Below are positions 15,038 through 16,337 of a stretch of DNA of 16,337 nucleotides, piece after piece. The stretch is from Candidatus Eiseniibacteriota bacterium (GTDB taxonomy: Bacteria > Eisenbacteria > RBG-16-71-46 > DASYSL01). The notes under the pieces were generated by a model. The model was given only the letters and a program-made list of their open reading frames with translations. It was not told where the DNA came from and searched no databases. Every line of letters begins with the position of its first letter. The first letter of the stretch is position 1. Where the stretch lies: contig JBKJJJ010000041.1 in assembly GCA_046598045.1 (NCBI GenBank), positions 1-16,337 of the forward strand. Direction: 5' to 3'. A program made the translations under genes and the position numbers.

Positions 15038-16337
15038 TGTACGGCCGCGCGCGCACGATCCACTTCATCGGCATCGGCGGCTCGGGCATGAGCGGCCTCG
15101 CCGAGGTCCTGCTCACGAGCGGGTACCGCGTGTCCGGGTCGGACTTGAAGACCGGCGAAGTGATCGATCGCCTGCTCGCGATGGGCGGGCGCGTGTTCCA
15201 CGGCCACCACGAGCGAAACGTCGAGGGCGCGGACATCGTCGTCTACTCGTCGGCGGTCAAGGCGGACAACCCGGAGTTGCGCGCGGCGATCGCGCGCGGC
15301 GTGCCGGTGATCCCGCGCGCGGACATGCTCTCCGAGCTGATGCGCATGAAGTACGGCATCGCGATCGCCGGAGCGCACGGCAAGACCACGACGACCTCGA
15401 TGGTGGGCGCGGTCCTGCTCGAAGGCGGCCTCGATCCGACGATCGTGGTCGGGGGCCGCGTCCACGCCCTGAAGACCAATGCGCGCCTCGGCCACGGGCG
15501 CTTCCTGGTCGCGGAGGCCGACGAGTCGGACGGCTCGTTCGTGCGGCTCACGCCGGCGATCGCGGTGATCACGAACCTCGACCAGGAGCACATGGACCAC
15601 TACGGCACGATGGCCGGCCTCGAGGCCGCGTTCGTCGAGTTCGCCGAACGCGCCCCGTTCTATGGATTGGTCGTGCTCTGCGCCGACGACGCCGGTCTGT
15701 CGCGCCTCGGGGCGCGCATCACGCGTCGCACGACGACCTACGGCCTGGCCTCGGGCGTGGTGCGCGGCACGAATCTCGAGGCCGGGCCGCGCGGGACGCG
15801 CTTCGAGGTCTCCCAGGCGGGCCGCGCGCTGGGCACGATCGAGCTGCCCGTGGTCGGGCGCCACAACGTACTCAACGCGCTGGCGGCGGTCGCCGTCGGG
15901 CTCGAGGTCGAGATCCCGTTCTCGCAGGTCGCGCACGCGCTCTCGAAGTTCGCGGGGGTCGGGCGCCGCTTCGAGACCCGTGGCGAGGCTTCGGGGGTGC
16001 TGGTGGTGGACGACTACGGCCATCACCCGACGGAGATCAAGGCCACGCTCGAGGCTGCGCGCCAGCTCGGGCGGGAGCGCATCGTGGTGGTGTTCCAGCC
16101 GCACCGCTACTCGCGGACCCGCGCTCTGGCGAAGGAATTCGGCGCCGCTTTCGACGACGCGGACGCCGTGCTGGTGACCGACATCTATCCCGCGGGGGAG
16201 ACGCCGATCGAGGGCGTCGACGCGGAACTCGTCGTGGGGGCCGCCCGGAGCCACGGGCACAGGAACGTCGTCTACGCGGGGGACCTGTCCCGCGCGGAGG
16301 CTCTGCTCAGGGAGATGGTGCGCCCCCATGATCTCGT
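15037..16337 (+). CDS. murC: UDP-N-acetylmuramate--L-alanine ligase MurC, 3'-truncated by the window edge
   Basis: Not in the ORF track because there is no stop in the window; read by hand from ATG 15037 (TGATG overlap). MYGRARTIHFIGIGGSGMSG, VSGSD, AGAHGKTTT, EADESDGSF, DDYGHHPTEI, FQPHRYSRT. Confidence 0.97.
   Translation, partial: MYGRARTIHFIGIGGSGMSGLAEVLLTSGYRVSGSDLKTGEVIDRLLAMGGRVFHGHHERNVEGADIVVYSSAVKADNPELRAAIARGVPVIPRADMLSELMRMKYGIAIAGAHGKTTTTSMVGAVLLEGGLDPTIVVGGRVHALKTNARLGHGRFLVAEADESDGSFVRLTPAIAVITNLDQEHMDHYGTMAGLEAAFVEFAERAPFYGLVVLCADDAGLSRLGARITRRTTTYGLASGVVRGTNLEAGPRGTRFEVSQAGRALGTIELPVVGRHNVLNALAAVAVGLEVEIPFSQVAHALSKFAGVGRRFETRGEASGVLVVDDYGHHPTEIKATLEAARQLGRERIVVVFQPHRYSRTRALAKEFGAAFDDADAVLVTDIYPAGETPIEGVDAELVVGAARSHGHRNVVYAGDLSRAEALLREMVRPHDL

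Noticed and set aside
2492..16329. Long antisense ORFs (for example 2492-4288, 4864-6675, 8033-10237, 14764-16329)
   Set aside because: Expected shadows of GC3-biased coding on the opposite strand, with no recognisable motifs.
1..16337. CRISPR arrays, tRNA/rRNA, IS elements, integrases, defence genes
   Set aside because: No regularly spaced repeats, cloverleafs, terminal inverted repeats or matching protein motifs were seen.

Overview
High-GC (roughly 70%) bacterial DNA. From 2762 to the end is a near-canonical division and cell wall (dcw) operon on the + strand: mraZ-rsmH(mraW)-ftsL-ftsI(two PASTA domains)-murE-murF-mraY-murD-ftsW-murG-murC (murC runs off the end). It is preceded by an A-tract-rich promoter with MraZ-type GTGGG repeats. 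Upstream on the - strand is a divergent two-gene unit: a class I SAM methyltransferase and a DUF2087-like domain fused to pterin-4a-carbinolamine dehydratase. A 5'-truncated hypothetical gene converges on it. The most unusual signal is non-coding. The dcw genes overlap or abut everywhere except two ~200-nt spacers (mraZ/rsmH and ftsL/ftsI). Each spacer has a hairpin with the identical 11-nt loop AUGGAGGUCCC on different stems, then a C-run/G-run hairpin, then a hairpin burying the Shine-Dalgarno of the downstream gene. An ORF starting at the loop AUG reads through that last hairpin in both cases. This looks like a duplicated cis-regulatory RNA cassette, but that function is inference and needs comparative and experimental testing.
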